Below the pieces are notes generated by a model. It saw only the letters and a list, made by a program, of their open reading frames with translations, did not search any database and was not told the origin of the DNA. 64,000 bases of DNA from Gammaproteobacteria bacterium (GTDB lineage Bacteria; Pseudomonadota; Gammaproteobacteria; Poriferisulfidales; Oxydemutatoraceae), in assembly GCA_028817225.1 (NCBI GenBank), contig JAPPQC010000011.1, positions 65,098-129,097 on the forward strand, in the 5' to 3' direction. The translations under genes and the position numbers were made by a program. Positions 57,778 through 64,000 of the stretch are shown piece by piece (the stretch's first letter is position 1; the number at the start of each line of letters is the position of its first letter).

Positions 57778-58623
57778 ATGGTCTATGACCACCGCTACGG
57801 CCATTTCAACGACAAGCGCGCGCCGTTCGACCTCATCAACCTCGACGCCGTCCGCCGCCACCTCGACCTGTTCAGTTACGCGGTGCATTCCGCCGCCAAC
57901 CTGCCGACGCGCGCCGCCGACTGGACGCACCGCTATTTCAGCGAGCGCTCGGATCTGCTGTTCGAGATTGAGCGGCTGCGCTACAACAACCTGATTCTGA
58001 ATTCCGAACTCCAGAAACTGGTCACCTTCAAGAACGAGAACCGCCACCTTCGCAGGCTGCTGCAATCGCCCGCCGACACGCGCGGGCGCAAGGTCGCCGT
58101 CGCCAAACTGGTCGGCGTCAACCTGGCGCCGTTCGAGCAGCAGATTGTCATCGACAAGGGCAGCAACCACGGCGTCTATCCGGGGCAGCCGGTGCTCGAT
58201 GTCAAGGGCGTCATCGGCCAGGTCTCGACGGTGACGCCGCTGACCGCCGATGTGACGCTGATTTCCAACCCCGGCCACGCGCTGCTCGGGCAGATTGACC
58301 GCTCGCGGCTGCGGATGCTGGTGCTCGGCACCGGCAACCCGCGGCAGTTGAAACTGGAATATGTGCCGACAACGGCGGACATCCGCGCCGGCGACATCAT
58401 CTACACATCGGGGCTGGACAACCGCTACCCCGGCGACTACCCGGTCGGCGAGGTGCTGAGCATCCACAGCGAGGTCGGCGACGACTTCGCCGTCATCCAC
58501 GCGAAGCCGCTGGCCGATTTGATACACAGCCGCGAAATGCTGCTGATCTGGCCCGAGGACGCCGCGCAGGCGCAGGCGGCGGAAGCCGAAGCGGCGGAAG
58601 CGGAGACGGCGGGCGGGGAATAA
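57778..58623 (+). CDS. mreC: rod shape-determining protein MreC (annotated from first ATG; true N-terminus probably about 24 codons upstream with a non-canonical start)
   Basis: Beta-barrel domain region GSNHGVYPGQPVLDVKGVIGQV... The in-frame upstream sequence encodes the expected N-terminal TM helix (KELFRLRSLFPRLVFFSALAAAL) but has no ATG/GTG/TTG. Confidence 0.8.
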   Translation: MVYDHRYGHFNDKRAPFDLINLDAVRRHLDLFSYAVHSAANLPTRAADWTHRYFSERSDLLFEIERLRYNNLILNSELQKLVTFKNENRHLRRLLQSPADTRGRKVAVAKLVGVNLAPFEQQIVIDKGSNHGVYPGQPVLDVKGVIGQVSTVTPLTADVTLISNPGHALLGQIDRSRLRMLVLGTGNPRQLKLEYVPTTADIRAGDIIYTSGLDNRYPGDYPVGEVLSIHSEVGDDFAVIHAKPLADLIHSREMLLIWPEDAAQAQAAEAEAAEAETAGGE

Positions 58624-58627
58624 CGCC

Positions 58628-59134
58628 GTGGCGCTGCGGAAAATGGACGGGCGCTACCGGCTGGTGGCGCTGACGGTGTTTGCGGCGATGATATTGAGCG
58701 CGCTGCCGATACCGCAGTGGGCGCATGTCTTCTGGCCGGAATGGGTGCTGCTGGTGGTCATCTACTGGTGCCTGGCGATGCCGGAGAAACTCAACATCAA
58801 GTTCGCATGGTTTGTCGGCATCCTGAGCGACCTGCTTGAAGGTTCATTGCTGGGGCAGCACGCGCTGCTGTACACGCTGATTGCGTGGCTGACCACCTAT
58901 TTCTACCAGCGCCTGCGCCTCTACCCGCCGCACCAGCAGGTTTTCTTCATCGCGCTGCTGCTGCTGATTTACACGATGATCGCCATCTGGATCAACAGCC
59001 TGCGGCTGCGCTACTCGCTGGAGATGGACTGGAGCGCGCTGCTGCCGGTCGCCAGCAGCGCGCTGATGTGGCCGTGGGTGTTCGCGGTGCTGCGGCACCT
59101 GCGCCAGAAAAACTACGCCGGCGCGCAGGGGTAG
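58628..59134 (+). CDS. mreD: rod shape-determining protein MreD
   Basis: GTG start. 168-aa polytopic membrane protein directly after mreC. Confidence 0.8.
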   Translation: MALRKMDGRYRLVALTVFAAMILSALPIPQWAHVFWPEWVLLVVIYWCLAMPEKLNIKFAWFVGILSDLLEGSLLGQHALLYTLIAWLTTYFYQRLRLYPPHQQVFFIALLLLIYTMIAIWINSLRLRYSLEMDWSALLPVASSALMWPWVFAVLRHLRQKNYAGAQG

Positions 59135-60195
59135 GAACCCAGCAGTTTGTAGAGGCCGGCGCCGGCGTCCAGTTCGGCCAGCGCCCGGCCCAGCAACTCG
59201 TCCTCGCAGTGGCCCTCGATGTCGAGGAAGAACACATACTCCCAGTTGACGATGCGCGCCGGGCGCGACTCGATGCGCGTCAGGCTGACGCCGCGGTCGG
59301 CGAGGATGCGCAGCAGCGCGGCGAGCGAACCCGGGCGGTTGCGCGCCGACACCAGCACGCTGGTCTTGTCGCCGCCGGTCGGCGGCACGCCGTGGCCGCC
59401 GATGACGAGGAAGCGCGTCGCGTTGCACGAGTAGTCCTCGATGCCCTCGGCCAGGATGTTCAGCCCGTACTCGGCGGCGGCGCCGGCGCCGGCGATGGCG
59501 GCGGCGTTGTGTTCGTCGTGCGCCTTCAGCGCCGCCGCGGCGTTGCTGTGGACGGCGACCTGGCGGCAGCCCGGCAGGTTGTCATCGAGCCAGCGCCGGC
59601 ACTGGGCGAACGACTGCTGGTGCGAATAGACGGTGGCCAGCCCGCCGAGGCCGTCGCCGGCGCCGAGCAGGCAGTGGCGGATGGGCAGTTCAATCTCGCC
59701 GACGATTTGCAGCGCCGAATCCATGAAGCAGTCGAGCGTGTGCGTGACGACGCCCTCGCTGGAATTCTCGACCGGCACGACGCCGTAGGCGGGCTTGCCG
59801 CTTTCGACGGCGCGGAACACCTCGGCGACCGTCGGGAAGTCCTGCGTTGCGATGGCGCGGCCAAAATGCTTGAACGCGGCCTCCTGCGTGAAAGTGCCCT
59901 GCGGCCCCAGGTAGGCGACGGTGATTTCCTGCTCCAGCGCGCGGCACACCGAGATGATTTCGCGGAACAGCGCCGTCAGTTCGGCGTCTTGCAGCGGCCC
60001 GTCGTTGGCGGCGACCAGTTCGCGCAGGTGAACCGACTCGCGCGCCGGGCGGTAGAACGAATGCCCCGGCTCAAGTTCGCGCTTGAGGCGGCCAATGCGG
60101 ATGGCGTAATCGGCGCGCTCGCTGATGAGTTTCAGCAGGCGCGCGTCAATCGCGTCAATCCTGCCGCGCAGGTCTTGAAGTTTCTCGTCGGACAC
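59113..60195 (-). CDS. pheA: bifunctional chorismate mutase / prephenate dehydratase
   Basis: N-terminal CM domain (LRGRIDAIDARLLKLISERADYAIRIG), PDT domain and C-terminal ACT domain (ESRP). Confidence 0.85.
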   Translation of the reverse strand: MSDEKLQDLRGRIDAIDARLLKLISERADYAIRIGRLKRELEPGHSFYRPARESVHLRELVAANDGPLQDAELTALFREIISVCRALEQEITVAYLGPQGTFTQEAAFKHFGRAIATQDFPTVAEVFRAVESGKPAYGVVPVENSSEGVVTHTLDCFMDSALQIVGEIELPIRHCLLGAGDGLGGLATVYSHQQSFAQCRRWLDDNLPGCRQVAVHSNAAAALKAHDEHNAAAIAGAGAAAEYGLNILAEGIEDYSCNATRFLVIGGHGVPPTGGDKTSVLVSARNRPGSLAALLRILADRGVSLTRIESRPARIVNWEYVFFLDIEGHCEDELLGRALAELDAGAGLYKLLGSYPCAPA

Positions 60196-60198
60196 CCG

Positions 60199-61269
60199 TC
60201 ACGCCCTTTTCTCGAAGTCACGCATAAATTCCGCCAGCGCCGCCGCGCCCTCCGGCGGCATCCCATTGTAAAGGCTTGCGCGGATTCCGCCGGTGGCGCG
60301 GTGGCCGCGCAGCCCCAGCAGCCCCTGTTCGCCGGCCTCGCGCAGGAAGCGGCTTTCCAGTTGCGGCGGGCGCAGGCGGAAGAAAATGTTGGTGCTGGAA
60401 CGGCTCGGCGGCGCCACCGGGTTGTCGTAGAGGCCGGAGGCGTCAATGCAGTCGTAGAGGGTTGCCGCGCGGCGGGCGGCGCGGCGCTGCATTTCCGGCA
60501 CGCCGCCTTCGCGCCGCGTCCACTCGAGCACGCGGTCGCAGACATACCATGAGAAAACCGGCGGCGTGTTGAAGCGCGAATCCGTCTTGTCCTGCAATTC
60601 GTAATTGCAGATTGCCGGCGTTTCGGCGCGCGCGGCGCCGAAGGTCTCACGCGCGACAATCACCACCGCAAGCCCGGCGATGCCGGCGTTCTTCTGCGCG
60701 CCGGCGTAAATGACGCGGTGGCGGCTGACATCCACCGGCGCGGTCAGGAAGTTGGAGGTCAGGTCGGCGACGAGAAGGCCGTCATCAAGATGGCGGTCGG
60801 CGGCGAATGCGAAGCCGGTCAGCGTTTCGTTGCCGACATAGTGGCGGTAGGCGGGGCGGCGCGAGTTGGCCCATTGCGACGGCGGCGGCAATGTCAGCAG
60901 GCCGTCTTGTTCGGCGATTTCGGCGGCGACATGGACGCGGGTGTAGCGCGCGGCCTCGTCCATCGCCCAGCCCGACCAGTGGCCGGTGTTGAAGTAGTCG
61001 GCGTCTTCGGCGCCGAGGTTCAGCGGCACGGCGGCGTATTGCGCGCGTGCGCCGCCGGGCAGGAACAGCACCGCGTAGTCGTCGGGCACATCGAGCAGGC
61101 GGCGCAGGTTGGCCTGCGAGCGCGCGGCGATTTCGTCGAACCAGTCGGTGCGGTGCCCCGCTTCCAGCACCGACACCGGGCGCCGTTCGGCGAGGTCGCG
61201 GCGCACTTCCTCAAGCACCGCAGGCGGCAGCATCGCCGGCCCCGGCGCATAGTTATAGACCGCAGACAT
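60199..61269 (-). CDS. serC: 3-phosphoserine/phosphohydroxythreonine aminotransferase
   Basis: MSAVYNYAPGPAMLPPAVLEEV...PLP-Lys region YAGAQKNAGIAGL. Confidence 0.9.
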   Translation of the reverse strand: MSAVYNYAPGPAMLPPAVLEEVRRDLAERRPVSVLEAGHRTDWFDEIAARSQANLRRLLDVPDDYAVLFLPGGARAQYAAVPLNLGAEDADYFNTGHWSGWAMDEAARYTRVHVAAEIAEQDGLLTLPPPSQWANSRRPAYRHYVGNETLTGFAFAADRHLDDGLLVADLTSNFLTAPVDVSRHRVIYAGAQKNAGIAGLAVVIVARETFGAARAETPAICNYELQDKTDSRFNTPPVFSWYVCDRVLEWTRREGGVPEMQRRAARRAATLYDCIDASGLYDNPVAPPSRSSTNIFFRLRPPQLESRFLREAGEQGLLGLRGHRATGGIRASLYNGMPPEGAAALAEFMRDFEKRA

Positions 61270-61295
61270 GATGGCGGGCGTGCGCGCGGGCGCGG

Positions 61296-64000
<2,705 letters not shown>

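Overview
This is a GC-rich window, roughly two-thirds G+C by eye, packed with bacterial housekeeping genes. The local gene order resembles gammaproteobacteria such as Pseudomonas, although whole blocks that are scattered in Pseudomonas sit directly next to each other here. I make out about 65 protein-coding genes, six tRNAs (Asp-GTC, Val-TAC, Leu-TAG, Ser-GCT, Met-CAT, Gln-TTG) and the RNase P RNA (rnpB). The conserved blocks are yejAB-like ABC transporter / fabI / ppiD–tRNAs–hupB–lon–clpX–clpP–tig; csrA–lysC; truA–fimV-like–asd–leuB…leuD–leuC; bamC–dapA; proS; ychF–pth–rplY…prs–tRNA-Gln–ispE–lolB–TPR / hemA–prfA–prmC; gatBAC / mreBCD; and pheA–serC–gyrA. The unusual content is accessory. (1) Nine tandem paralogs of a putative HtrL/YibB-like glycosyltransferase-type family are inserted into the leu operon. 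Three long-form copies lie between leuD and leuB and six short-form copies lie upstream of leuC, and a small 72-aa charged protein leads the array. (2) A tandem pair of near-identical DXD-type (GT32/Caps_synth-like) glycosyltransferase genes sits between tRNA-Ser and rnpB. (3) An insertion between rplY and prs encodes a histidine-rich tandem-repeat protein with a C-terminal membrane anchor. (4) Several essential proteins carry in-frame low-complexity or tandem-repeat extensions (ispE, tig, gyrA, prmC 5' region). I found no CRISPR array, no mobile-element gene and no recognisable defence-system gene. Coordinates of RNA genes and of features I placed by counting along the sequence may be off by 1–2 nt.
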